Shown piece by piece: positions 18,218 through 28,312 of a stretch of DNA of 64,000 nucleotides. The number at the start of each line of letters is the position of its first letter. The stretch's first letter is position 1. The notes below the pieces were generated by a model that saw only the letters and a program-made list of their open reading frames with translations, was not told the origin of the DNA and searched no databases. A program made the position numbers and the translations under genes. The stretch covers positions 288,001 through 352,000 of the forward strand of contig CAVPZX010000003.1 in assembly GCA_963710375.1 (NCBI GenBank), in the 5' to 3' direction. Origin of the DNA: Nitrospirota bacterium (GTDB lineage: Bacteria > Nitrospirota > Thermodesulfovibrionia > Thermodesulfovibrionales > Dissulfurispiraceae).

Positions 18218-18755
18218 ACTGCTGGTCTTTGCAATTCCACTGATGACGATACTCTTCATTCTTGTAGTGTACCGGTACGGCTACCAGGGAATACATGCAG
18301 AGGTGGCCTCCCTGAAAGATGCCGAGGTATCCAGAACCAAAACGCTCGCGAAATATATGGCTCTTTTTGGGGAAAAACCGGAGATGGAGAAGCAACTGGC
18401 CTCACTGAAAGAGGAACGAAGGGCGGATAACTCAAAGCTTGTAGAAGGCCAGACTCCGTCAATCGCGGCAGCAGCACTACAGGAGACTGTAAACCAAATG
18501 ATTACCGCCCCGGGGGGGACCATCTTAAGCCAGCGGGTAGGGAAGCCTGAGACATTCGGCAAATTCACACTGATAACTATCAGCATGGATATAACACTGC
18601 CCGACGTACGGGCACTGGCAGATATTCTATATACCATCGAGACGCGGACTCCTTACCTCGTTGTAAAAGAAATTGATGTGCGGGTCGCTAACTTTAAAGA
18701 ACCTAAGTCGCTGGCGGTCAAGCTGGACATATCAGCGCTTACAAGCAGGAAATGA
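18204..18755 (+). CDS. gspM: T2SS GspM-like protein, cluster 1
   Basis: TM helix and coiled coil, then AAAALQE and LYTIETRTPYLVV; follows gspL. Confidence 0.8.
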   Translation: MIKSKLLVFAIPLMTILFILVVYRYGYQGIHAEVASLKDAEVSRTKTLAKYMALFGEKPEMEKQLASLKEERRADNSKLVEGQTPSIAAAALQETVNQMITAPGGTILSQRVGKPETFGKFTLITISMDITLPDVRALADILYTIETRTPYLVVKEIDVRVANFKEPKSLAVKLDISALTSRK

Positions 18756-19333
18756 TAATGGGCTACCTGATGAAGAGCGTCAATCTGCTTAATATTCTAC
18801 TGGCGGCAGCCGCAGTTGCTGCGGCGCACTATATTGTTTCCCCCGCTATCAATAAGGAGAAAAATTTTTTTCCTCCTGCGGTGAAGACGGCTCCGGTACC
18901 GGCAGCGGCCGAGGAACAGAAACAAAAGGCCGGGAAAGAACCTGCCGCGCCTCCAACCGACTTCATGCTGATCGCGGACCAGAATCTCTTTCATCCCGAG
19001 AGGAAGATCCCTGTTGACAAACCACAGTCTGCGCAGCCTCCGCCAAAGCCGGAACTGGTATTGTTCGGTACATTAATAACCGGTAACACGCGCGTAGCCT
19101 ATGTTGATGACATAAAGTCACCGCTGACCACGCCCGGAAGGGGCAAGCGGATGAGGGTGCTTAAAATAGGAGATATGGTGGGGGATTTTACGCTCAAAGT
19201 GATCGATCCTGATAAGATTATTTTAGTGAGAGGAAGTGAAGTCATGACGGTCGATCTCTCAGATCTTAAAGGGAAGAGACAGAATACGGTGGGAGCGCCT
19301 AACCCTCATGTAAATCCCAATGTACGGCGATAA
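18752..19333 (+). CDS. T2SS accessory protein (GspC/XpsN-like HR domain, no PDZ)
   Basis: TM helix, Pro-rich linker, NLFHPER, LVLFGTLI...GD.VGDFTLKVI.PDKIIL. Confidence 0.65.
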   Translation: MIMGYLMKSVNLLNILLAAAAVAAAHYIVSPAINKEKNFFPPAVKTAPVPAAAEEQKQKAGKEPAAPPTDFMLIADQNLFHPERKIPVDKPQSAQPPPKPELVLFGTLITGNTRVAYVDDIKSPLTTPGRGKRMRVLKIGDMVGDFTLKVIDPDKIILVRGSEVMTVDLSDLKGKRQNTVGAPNPHVNPNVRR

Positions 19334-19344
19334 CAGCTTGACCC

Positions 19345-21069
19345 TTACTTGGAAGGCTCTTTGTTGACGGAGTCACCAGGCTGTTTGATGAACTCATTCA
19401 GCTTCATATCTTTAGTGTCGCCTTTAAGCCTGTCAAGATAATCCGTTGTTACCTTACCCGCTTCCTGCTGATTCTTGATCACATGCGGCGTAAGCAAGAC
19501 AATTATTTCCGTTTTTGTCCTTGTGATATTCCTGGATCCAAAGAGGTATCCCAGTATAGGAATATCCATGAGATACGGTATGCCTGATACGTTTGTTTCC
19601 TTGTTATCCTGTATGAGGCCCCCGATTACAATGGTCTGGCCGTCATTTACCACAACGTTTGTTTGCGCAGCACGCTTTGTAAAGACAAACTGTTGAGTAC
19701 CCAACACAGTTTGTGTATTGGCCTCCGTCACCTCTTGCGACACCTCCAGGCCGACAATTCCGCTCTCATTGATCTGGGGCTTTACTTTCAGTATTGTGCC
19801 GACGTCCTGATACTGGATTGTCAACAGGACGCTGCCGCTCGTGGTACTTGCAGTTACATTCGTCATCTGCGAGGTGGCGATTGGCACCTGACTGCCTATC
19901 TGTATCTTTGCCTCAAGGTTATCAGCCGCAATGATATGTGGAGAGGCCAGTATGGTGACCAGATCATTCGAAGCCATGGTATTAAGCAGCGCCTTCACAT
20001 TGCCTGCAACATCGGTGGCCGCATATGAGAAGCCTGGATATCCCGCCGACAATGGAGTGGCATTCAGCAAATTTGAGTTTTGTCCTATCTGCCCATTAAC
20101 ATCAATAGGTCTTGAAAAAGGCTTGGTTTTGATACTTGTAGTGTTTGACAAGACCCATTCCAGGCCGAATTGAAAATCCTTTGTGAGGGTCACTTCAGCT
20201 ATAAGCACTTCTATCATGACCTGACGAGGGGGTGTGTCGAGTTTTTTTATAGTTTCTTCAATAAACTTATAATCATCCGGCGTAGCCAGAACGACCAGCG
20301 AATTGGTGATCTCATCAGCGTATACTTTGGTCTCTTTAGATACTAAACCATCGGTCCCTGCTGTAAAACCGGCACTCCCGCCTGTTGCAGGCGCTGTCGT
20401 CGAAGCCGGCTGTGGATGCCCGGCAGCGCCAGGGCCCGCAGGCGCCTCGGGTATAAACCTGCCTGGCGCTGCTGGTCCGGCAGCGCCGGAGAATATTGAC
20501 TGCAGGAGTGATGCGATATGTTTCGCCTTCGTGTTTTGCAGAGGATACACAAAAACTTGAGGTGTCGTGCCCGGTATTTCGTTAATGGGAGCAATCCTGT
20601 AAAGTCCTTTATCCTCGACGAAACCGGCGCCGTTCATTTTCAGCAGTACCCCTATAAGCGGAAGCACTTCGTCCCTCGTGACCGGAGTGACTGTTCTGAA
20701 ATTGACCCTCCCTCTAACCTTCGGGTCGATCATGTAGTTCACTTTAAGTATGTCACCAAAAACGGTTTGTATAACATCGAATATATCGGCGTCATCAAAA
20801 TTGAAACTTACGTCAGCTTTTTTTTCAGCTCCCGGCCGCCCGGCAGAAGGTGCGACAGGAGCCACTCTAGGGGGCGGCAGCTGCTCGCGCGATTGAGGTT
20901 GAAAAACGGGTTGGGTCTGGGCTGCAGCTGCAATTTGAGACCCCTGGGTTGTCGTCTCCTCCGCGCGTGAAGGTATCCCCGCTGAGGTAATGGCAACGAC
21001 AGAAAATAAGATACCAATAACTAATTGGATCAAAATTCCGCAACGTCTCTTCAAAAAGGAAACCTCCAC
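19345..21069 (-). CDS. gspD: T2SS secretin, cluster 1 (convergent orientation, short N-region)
   Basis: VSFNFDDADI (N0), ADEITNSLVV, LDTPPRQVMIEVLIAEV, GQTIVIGGLI, GIPYLMDIPILGYLF, LLTPHVI. Confidence 0.93.
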   Translation of the reverse strand: MEVSFLKRRCGILIQLVIGILFSVVAITSAGIPSRAEETTTQGSQIAAAAQTQPVFQPQSREQLPPPRVAPVAPSAGRPGAEKKADVSFNFDDADIFDVIQTVFGDILKVNYMIDPKVRGRVNFRTVTPVTRDEVLPLIGVLLKMNGAGFVEDKGLYRIAPINEIPGTTPQVFVYPLQNTKAKHIASLLQSIFSGAAGPAAPGRFIPEAPAGPGAAGHPQPASTTAPATGGSAGFTAGTDGLVSKETKVYADEITNSLVVLATPDDYKFIEETIKKLDTPPRQVMIEVLIAEVTLTKDFQFGLEWVLSNTTSIKTKPFSRPIDVNGQIGQNSNLLNATPLSAGYPGFSYAATDVAGNVKALLNTMASNDLVTILASPHIIAADNLEAKIQIGSQVPIATSQMTNVTASTTSGSVLLTIQYQDVGTILKVKPQINESGIVGLEVSQEVTEANTQTVLGTQQFVFTKRAAQTNVVVNDGQTIVIGGLIQDNKETNVSGIPYLMDIPILGYLFGSRNITRTKTEIIVLLTPHVIKNQQEAGKVTTDYLDRLKGDTKDMKLNEFIKQPGDSVNKEPSK

Positions 21070-21344
21070 TTTATACCTGACTTAAATCGGGGATAAAAAT
21101 GTGCCGCATGCACAGGCAAGTATATCAAAAAAATGCAAAAAAAACATGCTGCGGAAAAGGATCAGTTTATTTTTGCTCTGTATCAATGTGATCTTTTAGT
21201 TCCTGTTGTTCCTCGTAGTCGATAATCATATTAACCGTTGAGGACAAAGCAATTTATAGAAAGGGCTTGACAATGACTTATCTTTTTTTCTATATTCTTT
21301 TTCTACCTGGGGTCCAGTGTCACGGCAAGGGGTATTCTACCGCA

Positions 21345-22253
21345 ATGAAAATAAGACTACATAACCTGTTTCCCGGTCCCGGGCTGCCTAAGGCGCTCAC
21401 GTCCAATTATCCAGGATTACTGACTGTCACTAACTGGCTTATGGGGTTTCTGCTGATATTTGTCGCCCTTATGCTTGTCAGGGACATTGTGGCCCTGTCA
21501 TTCAGAAAGGTGCAGGCGCCTGCGCGGGTCACTTCATATGCGGTCAGGGCCCCGAGGAAAAGCCTTCAGGAATATGCTTCTATTGTGAGGAACAATCCCT
21601 TTGGCGCACAGGGAGGAGAGCTGAAACAGCTTTCTGCTTCGGACGGAGAGTCTGCAGGATCCTACCTGTCCGGGCTCACCCTTGTGGGGACTGTTTCAGG
21701 TCCGCAGAAATATGGCTATGCAATTTTTGTGGACAAGAATAACAATCAGGAAGTATTTAAAATCGGAGATACCGTTCATGCCATGGGGATACTTCAGAGA
21801 GTTGAAAAGGACAAGGTTGTTCTTTTCGCTGTAGGCAGGGCGGTTGAGGTACCGATCATCGATGCTGTTTCCCAGGTTGACAGCGGCGCACCTCAGGGCG
21901 GACCTGCAACCCCTTTTGCCATGAACACCGGTGAAGGCAGCTATATTGTTGACCAGAGAAAGGTCAGGCAGGCGCTGGAACGGCCCGCGCAGATGATGAC
22001 GGATGCCCGGCTTCTGCCGAATGTGGTTAACGGCAAGCAGCAGGGTTTTTCAATAAGTGAAATTAAACCGAACGGCATCTATCAGAGCCTAGGACTCCAG
22101 AACGGCGATGTGCTTTTGCGCATTAATGATTTTAATATTTCGAGTACTGAGAACGCTCTGCAGGCGTTCATGGCATTAAAGGGTATGGACAAGGTGAATC
22201 TCGATATTATCAGGGGCGGAAACAAGATGACCATGAACTATATGATCAGATGA
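21345..22253 (+). CDS. gspC: T2SS GspC with PDZ domain, cluster 2
   Basis: TM helix, RNNPF, LTLVGTV HR domain, C-terminal PDZ (LGLQNGDVLLRIN...IIRGG). Start uncertain; ATG 21345 preferred because TTGACA at 21267 looks like a -35 box. Confidence 0.9.
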   Translation: MKIRLHNLFPGPGLPKALTSNYPGLLTVTNWLMGFLLIFVALMLVRDIVALSFRKVQAPARVTSYAVRAPRKSLQEYASIVRNNPFGAQGGELKQLSASDGESAGSYLSGLTLVGTVSGPQKYGYAIFVDKNNNQEVFKIGDTVHAMGILQRVEKDKVVLFAVGRAVEVPIIDAVSQVDSGAPQGGPATPFAMNTGEGSYIVDQRKVRQALERPAQMMTDARLLPNVVNGKQQGFSISEIKPNGIYQSLGLQNGDVLLRINDFNISSTENALQAFMALKGMDKVNLDIIRGGNKMTMNYMIR

Positions 22254-22786
22254 CGCGAAACAACTTTTTATTGACTTTGGCATTGTTCATAAGCATCTCG
22301 TTTGCCTTTGTCCTGCCTGCCGGGGCTTCCGACAGCGGTTATGAGCTCGCGGCCGGGGCAGGAAAGGGCTTGAACGATCTCAAATCGACTGAGGGAATAA
22401 TCCTTGGGGCCTGGATAACGAGGCTTTCCCCCCTGTTTGAACTGAGGATAGAGCCGAATGTGGAATACATAGCTGCAAGATCCGACCAATCGATGGTGTT
22501 TTACGGTGTGGGCCCTGTTGTAAGGTTTGGCTCTTATGGACAGAGCATCAATCCCTTTTTGGATGCCGGATGTGGAGTGAGCATTGGTTCAAAATCGCAG
22601 ATTTTCGACAGGAATTTTGGAAGAGACTTTTTCTTCAGTCCTACTGCCGGCGCCGGCATCAAGTTCGGCAAGTCGGAAAGCGGAGTCAGCCTTTTTGCAC
22701 GGTGGGTGCATCACTCCAACGCCGGGTTGTTTCCTCCCAATGAGGGATTAGACTCGCTGTATCTGCTCCTGGGCTATAGATTTTAG
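22250..22786 (+). CDS. pagL: PagL-like acyloxyacyl hydrolase (lipid A 3-O-deacylase family beta-barrel)
   Basis: Signal peptide; C-terminal H-H-S-N-A-G...N-E-G-L-D motif and terminal GYRF. Confidence 0.7.
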   Translation: MTRNNFLLTLALFISISFAFVLPAGASDSGYELAAGAGKGLNDLKSTEGIILGAWITRLSPLFELRIEPNVEYIAARSDQSMVFYGVGPVVRFGSYGQSINPFLDAGCGVSIGSKSQIFDRNFGRDFFFSPTAGAGIKFGKSESGVSLFARWVHHSNAGLFPPNEGLDSLYLLLGYRF

Positions 22787-22958
22787 GTAGTGGGCCAGTT
22801 TGCTTTTTACTCTGTATCAATTAGCCGTTCAATTCAATCACTGGCCTGTATCGAGCATTATCTGTGGTCGCCACTTCTATAATATGTGGGCTCGGCGTTA
22901 CTCGCCCACTATTGATAACCCAGGTGATTCAGAGCAAAAAGCAAACTGGCCCACTACC
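22786..22958 (+). mobile_element. MITE-like element, family C (copy 1)
   Basis: TIRs ggtagtgggccagtttgcttttt.../...aaaaagcaaactggcccactacc; an inverted homologous copy lies at 52577-52756. Confidence 0.85.
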
Positions 22959-23085
22959 AGATTTTAGATGAAATTGCTTTTTAGATGGGATAATAAATAT
23001 AATTATGGCGCTATGGCTTTTGTTTGTCCAGGGAGTCCACTGATAACAGTTACTGCTGTCAATACTATGCAGAAGGTCAACTAAA

Positions 23086-25269
23086 ATGAAAAAAATGAAG
23101 TCTTTGTTGTCTATTGTCACTATACAGCTGATATTTATTCTTTTTATTTCAGGGCTTTCGTTTGCTGCTCCTGTAAAGGACCAGAACCGGGAACAAAAGG
23201 TCGCTTTTAATTTTGTCGATGTCGACCTCGGCGCATTAACAAAGTTTATCAGTGAAATTACAAAGAAAAATTTTATATTCGACGACAGGGTGAAGGGTAA
23301 GATAACGATAGTCACCCCGGCTAAACTCAATATAGATGATGCGTTTAATTTGTTTGTATCAGTTCTTGAGCTCAAAGGTTTTACAGTTGTGCCTGCCGGT
23401 GTGGACGCGTATAAAATTATTCCTTCAGTTGAGGCAAAACAGAAGGGAATCAGGGTGATGGTTGACAGACAGCCGGTCAATGACAGTTATATTGTACGTC
23501 TTATCAAACTTAAGAATATCCCGCCGGACGATGCTTTGAAGCTACTGTCGCCTGTTGTTTCAAAGGATGGTTATATGTCCGCTTTCGGACCCGGAAACAT
23601 GCTGCTGGTTATCGATTCGGGATCGAACGTAGAAAAGATTCTCTCGATTATCGATACCGTAGACCAACCGAATATGCTTGAAGAGCCCGATATGGTTTTT
23701 CTGAAACACGCGAGCGCAGATGCGGTGGCTCGTATTATTACTGAAGGCATAAGCCGAGCCGCCAGACCGCAGCCCGGCGCAGTTGCCGGCGAGGCGAAGG
23801 CAATAGCTGATCCGAGGCTTAATGCCGTTGTCCTATTTGGTGACAGGGGGACGCGGGAATCGATGAAGTCGCTCATTAGGCTCCTCGACGTGCCGTCCCC
23901 GGAAGCGCAGGGGAGAATAAATGTCTATTTTCTCGAAAATGCGGATGCGGTCGAACTGGCTAAAGTCCTTCAGGACATGCTCAAGGGAGCGCAGGTAACT
24001 CGCCAGGCGCCGGCCGGAGCGCAAGGCGCCCCGGTTGTTCCTTTCGAGGCGGGCGGGGGCATCACCATTACTGCTGACAAAGCCACGAATTCCCTTGTTA
24101 TCGTCGCTTCATATGCTGATTATCAGAACCTGGTTTCTACAATAAAGAAGCTCGACCGCAGGAGGAGACAGGTTTTTGTAGAGGCCATGATCGCGGAGGT
24201 GTCCCTTAACGGACTGCTTCAGCTCGGCACAAACTTCCGCCTCGCTGCACAACAAAACGGGAATCCGGTCTTTATAGGCGGCGTAGGTCAAGTTAGCCAG
24301 ACGACACTCCAGAACATAGTAACCGGGCTGACAGGGCTAACCCTTGGTGGATTGGGCAATTACTATACTATTCCGCAAAGTTTTATTCCCGGGGCAACAG
24401 CTGCTCAGCAGGTGCCGGGCATTGCGGCAATCTTTCAGCTAAGCGATTTCAAGGATGTGGTAAATGTCATTTCTACCCCGCAGATACTTACCTCGGACAA
24501 CAAGGCGGCTGAAATACTCGTTGGCGAGAATGTCCCGTTCATAGCATCCAGAGAACAAAGTATAGCGACCAGCGGTACGGTAATTAATGACATACAGAGA
24601 CAGGATGTTGGAGTAAAGCTCCAGATAACCCCGCAAATTACTGAGGGAGATTACGTCAAGCTCGATATTTATCAGGAAATATCATCAATCGAGCAGGCGA
24701 GTGATACTATTCTGACAAGCGTAGGGCCGACCATTGACAAGCGCTCGACAAAGACCTCTGTTGTTGTCAAAGACGGCGACACTGTGGTCATCGGGGGGTT
24801 GATGCAGGATTCCACGGAGAATTCGATAACAAAGGCCCCCTGGTTTGGAGACATTCCACTTTTGGGCTGGCTTTTCAAAACAAAAAGCGTTACCAAGACA
24901 AAGACGGACTTGCTGGTCTTCATCACCCCTCATCTGCTCAAGAAAGAGGATAGTTTGGCGCAGATAACGAAAGACAAGCGGAATGAATTAATGCTGGGAG
25001 AACAAGAGTTAGGAGAACAAGAAAGCGGCACCAGAGTCACCGGTGAAATCTTTGTGAAGTTTAAGGATGGCGTAACTGCTGAAAAGGCCCTTATGCTGCT
25101 TTCCGAAAAAGGTATGATGGTGACGGGCTATTCAGGGAGCACAAATGTTTACAAGATAAAGATAAAAGAAGGGATGCCTGTAAATGATGCTGTTAAAGAA
25201 CTTTCCGGAATGCCTGATGTAATGAACGCCGCGCCTGACAACGGGGACAACCGGAAACTTCAGAAATGA
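23086..25269 (+). CDS. gspD: T2SS secretin, cluster 2, with an extra C-terminal domain
   Basis: N0-N1-N2-N3 repeats, LDRRRRQVFVEAMIAEV, KAPWFGDIPLLGWLF, VFITPH, then a ~70-aa GEIFVKFK...DV..A.PD domain. Confidence 0.95.
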   Translation: MKKMKSLLSIVTIQLIFILFISGLSFAAPVKDQNREQKVAFNFVDVDLGALTKFISEITKKNFIFDDRVKGKITIVTPAKLNIDDAFNLFVSVLELKGFTVVPAGVDAYKIIPSVEAKQKGIRVMVDRQPVNDSYIVRLIKLKNIPPDDALKLLSPVVSKDGYMSAFGPGNMLLVIDSGSNVEKILSIIDTVDQPNMLEEPDMVFLKHASADAVARIITEGISRAARPQPGAVAGEAKAIADPRLNAVVLFGDRGTRESMKSLIRLLDVPSPEAQGRINVYFLENADAVELAKVLQDMLKGAQVTRQAPAGAQGAPVVPFEAGGGITITADKATNSLVIVASYADYQNLVSTIKKLDRRRRQVFVEAMIAEVSLNGLLQLGTNFRLAAQQNGNPVFIGGVGQVSQTTLQNIVTGLTGLTLGGLGNYYTIPQSFIPGATAAQQVPGIAAIFQLSDFKDVVNVISTPQILTSDNKAAEILVGENVPFIASREQSIATSGTVINDIQRQDVGVKLQITPQITEGDYVKLDIYQEISSIEQASDTILTSVGPTIDKRSTKTSVVVKDGDTVVIGGLMQDSTENSITKAPWFGDIPLLGWLFKTKSVTKTKTDLLVFITPHLLKKEDSLAQITKDKRNELMLGEQELGEQESGTRVTGEIFVKFKDGVTAEKALMLLSEKGMMVTGYSGSTNVYKIKIKEGMPVNDAVKELSGMPDVMNAAPDNGDNRKLQK

Positions 25270-26775
25270 AAACGATTGATGTTGTACGGGACGAGGATAT
25301 TGAACTCGCGTTGATAAAGGAAATACCTCTCTCTTTCGCAAAAGGCAACATGGTCATGCCTCTTAGAAGAGAGAAGGGCAGCCTTGTCGGGGCTGTTGCA
25401 GATGAGAGGGGAATTTTTGCTTTATGCGACATTTCCAGGCTGTATAATCTGAAACCGCTGGCCTTGAGTATTTCGCCTTCTGCCCTTAATGATGCAATCA
25501 ATAAATATTACGGCCAGGCAGGTTCAGCCGAAGACGTTATGGACAACATTGCGGGTGATGACCTTTCGGCTGTAGCGACTGAATTTGAAAAACCGAGGGA
25601 CATCCTTGAACTTACCGAAGACGCCCCTATTATCCGGCTTCTGAATGCCATTTTGCAACAGGCGATCAAAGAGCGTGCAAGCGACATCCATATAGAGCCC
25701 TACGAACGGGAGCTGGATGTGCGTATGAGGGTTGACGGAATACTTCATAGAGTACTCGCCCCTCCCAAGATAATACAGGATGCATTGATAAGCAGGGTGA
25801 AAATCATGGCAAATCTCGATATAGCCGAGAAGCGGCTGCCGCAGGATGGTAGGATCAGGCTCATTGTCGGCGGCAGGGATATCGATATAAGGGTATCGAT
25901 TGTTCCGACCACCTACGGCGAGCGGGCAGTGCTGAGGCTTCTTGACAGAAAGCAGGGCGTTATCGGGTTATGGGAGATGGGTCTAGATGCAAACGATGAA
26001 CGTCGCATGGAGACCATGCTCCAGAGGACAAACGGCATTATACTTGTCACGGGACCAACGGGAAGCGGGAAAACTACAACCCTTTATGCAGCGTTGAACA
26101 GGATCCATACAGAGGCAAAGAATATCATTACAGTTGAGGACCCGGTGGAGTATCAGACTGAAAGGGATCGGCCAGATACATGTCAACCCGCGCGTGGGCC
26201 TTACGTTTGCGTCAGGGCTGAGATCAATTTTAAGGCAGGACCCGGATGTTATCATGCTGGGTGAGATTAGAGATTTCGAGACTGCCGAGGTTGCTATCCA
26301 GGCGTCACTCACCGGTCATCTCGTTCTCAGCACGCTTCACACTAATGACGCCCCTTCCGCCATTGCAAGGCTCATCGATATGGGCGTAGAGCCTTTTCTG
26401 GTTGCCTCGTCACTCGCCGGCGTCCTGGCCCAGAGGCTTGTCCGTGTCATCTGTCCTAACTGTAAAGAACCGTATGCGCCTGCAGAAGAAGAGTCGAAAT
26501 ACATTACCGCGCCGGTGCTTTACCGCGGCAGGGGATGTGACAAATGCAATAATAAGGGGTATATCGGGAGGACAGGCATATTCGAACTCCTTGACGTCAA
26601 CAATTCCATACGTCAGATGATTACAGGGAAGACCGATTCCCAAAGCATCAAGAATGTTGCGGTATCGGGAGGCATGAGAACACTGAGGATGGATGGTTTT
26701 GAAAAAGCTGTCAAAGGCGTTACGTCTATCGAGGAGGTCTTGAGGGTGACGCAAAAAGATTACGTAGAAAGCTAA
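25266..26775 (+). CDS. gspE: T2SS ATPase, cluster 2, with a +1 frameshift at 26157
   Basis: Two ORFs (25266-26264 and 26134-26775) join into EDPVEYQ|LKGIGQ if the extra A at 26157 is removed; the cluster-1 paralog reads EDPVEYQLKGINQ. Confidence 0.92.
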
Positions 26776-27078
26776 ACCCGAGAAAGTCTTCACCGCGGAG
26801 ACCGGTGATTCAGACAGTGGACAAGGCTCCTGCGCTCAGACGCTGCGTCCTGACAGTTCCAAAGGCTTGTTCGCTACGGTCGCTAAACTCGCCCTGCGGG
26901 CTCAAACATAGCGACTGTTTAATGCTCTCTTCGCCAGGAACTGTGACCAGGACTCCGCGATTCGCTCCTGAGACTTGTCCACTGTCTGAATTGCGGCACT
27001 GAGACGCCGAGACACAGGGATTTTTTAAAAATGTTTTAAAATAGAAAAGTCTTATAACTCTGTGCCTCTGTGGTTTAG
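26772..27078. repeat. Nonamer-type repeat hairpin (CACAGAG/CTCTGTG family) containing a nested MITE
   Basis: ctaaacc...caccgcggagac [MITE] gcactgagacgccgagacacaggga ... ctctgtgcctctgtggtttag. Confidence 0.55.
26805..26994. mobile_element. MITE-like element, family B (copy 1)
   Basis: TIRs attcagacagtggacaag / cttgtccactgtctgaat; internal inverted repeat acagttcc/ggaactgt. Confidence 0.85.
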
Positions 27079-27113
27079 TTTTTTTATAGCGCACTTAATG
27101 AATGAGGTGAAGG

Positions 27114-28289
27114 TTGCCTATTTTTCGTTATAGAGGATATAAGCCTGATGGGATTCGGGTATCCGGGACCGTCGAGGCGGATGGGCTTAAGGATGCTGTT
27201 TCAGCTGTCAGGAATCTTGACGTTTTTCCCAAAGAGGTCACCGAATACGTCCATGATGAAAAGAGGTTTTTGTTTGGGAAAAAACATGGCGATGCTCTCC
27301 CGACGGTTGCAAGGCAGCTCTCGACACTGTTGGCATCGGGGGTCCCCCTAGTAGAGGCGCTCAAGACGCTTTCCGAGGAAAGCACCGGATACTGGAAAGG
27401 TCTTCTTATCGATGTCAGGGAGAAAGTTTCTGCCGGGGCCAGTCTTTCACGCGCACTGGAAAGTTACACAGGGATTTTTCATGAATCCTTCATTACCATG
27501 GTATCTGCGGGTGAACAAAGCGGAACGCTTGACAGGGTACTGGACAGACTCGCCGGCTTTCTCGAAAAGCAGGCCTCGATAAAGTCGCAAGTAAAGATAG
27601 CGATGATCTATCCTGTAATGATGTTATTTGTTGGATTTGTTGTTATGTCTTTTCTTTTCACTTTTGTGATACCGAAGATCGTGAAGATATTCGAGGACAC
27701 AAAAAGCGCGCTTCCTTTTATTACCGTGGTCCTCATTGCAATAAGCAACTTCTTCGTGCATTACTGGTGGCTTATCGCCTGTCTTACGGCAGCGCTTGCC
27801 GCGGGTATCAGGAAAGTGTACAGGGAGCGTAGGGATTTAATCGATAAGGCAATGCTCAGGCTGCCGGGCAATGTAGTACAAAGCCTCTATTATACCCGCT
27901 TTTCGAGGACCCTAGGTTTTCTGCTCGAAGGAGGGCTGCCTATGCTGAGGGCGCTTGACCTTTCGGCAAAAGCAGTGGGTAACAGTGTTTATGAAAAAAG
28001 AATCAGGGATGCGGTAAAGAGAGTCGCAGAAGGGGCCAGTCTCTCCTCGTCACTGGAAGGGTTCCCTCCGGTATTGCTGCAGTTGATAGCCACCGGAGAG
28101 AAGAGCGGCAGGATAGTTGAGGTTCTGAATAAGGCTGCCGATTCCTATGAGGAGGTGTTCGGAAGGAGCGTCAAAAAGGCCCTTTCGCTGCTGGAGCCGG
28201 TAATGATTTTGGCAATGGGTTTTATTGTGAGCTTTATTGTACTTGCGGTCCTGCTGCCTATGTTCCAGCTTAATCAGATGGTGAAATAG
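27114..28289 (+). CDS. gspF: T2SS inner-membrane platform protein, cluster 2
   Basis: RQLSTLLASGVPL, AGEQSGTL, AMIYP, TGEKSG, LLEP motifs; TTG start after GAGGTG. Confidence 0.95.
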   Translation: MPIFRYRGYKPDGIRVSGTVEADGLKDAVSAVRNLDVFPKEVTEYVHDEKRFLFGKKHGDALPTVARQLSTLLASGVPLVEALKTLSEESTGYWKGLLIDVREKVSAGASLSRALESYTGIFHESFITMVSAGEQSGTLDRVLDRLAGFLEKQASIKSQVKIAMIYPVMMLFVGFVVMSFLFTFVIPKIVKIFEDTKSALPFITVVLIAISNFFVHYWWLIACLTAALAAGIRKVYRERRDLIDKAMLRLPGNVVQSLYYTRFSRTLGFLLEGGLPMLRALDLSAKAVGNSVYEKRIRDAVKRVAEGASLSSSLEGFPPVLLQLIATGEKSGRIVEVLNKAADSYEEVFGRSVKKALSLLEPVMILAMGFIVSFIVLAVLLPMFQLNQMVK

Positions 28290-28312
28290 AAGAAGGTATG
28301 TAAGGAGGAATT

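Noticed and set aside
10874..19333. Cluster 1 as a type IV pilus locus
   Set aside because: It has GspG and GspK signatures and no PilT; the PilM/PilN resemblance of GspL is expected homology.
26134..26264. Programmed ribosomal frameshifting or true pseudogenes in gspE2, gspL1 and HDOD copy 1
   Set aside because: No convincing slippery heptamer or homopolymer at the indels and no other decay; a shared AGCT context favours sequencing error.
26805..27094. Short ORFs between gspE2 and gspF2
   Set aside because: They lie within a MITE and repeat hairpin, with no SD or protein-like features.
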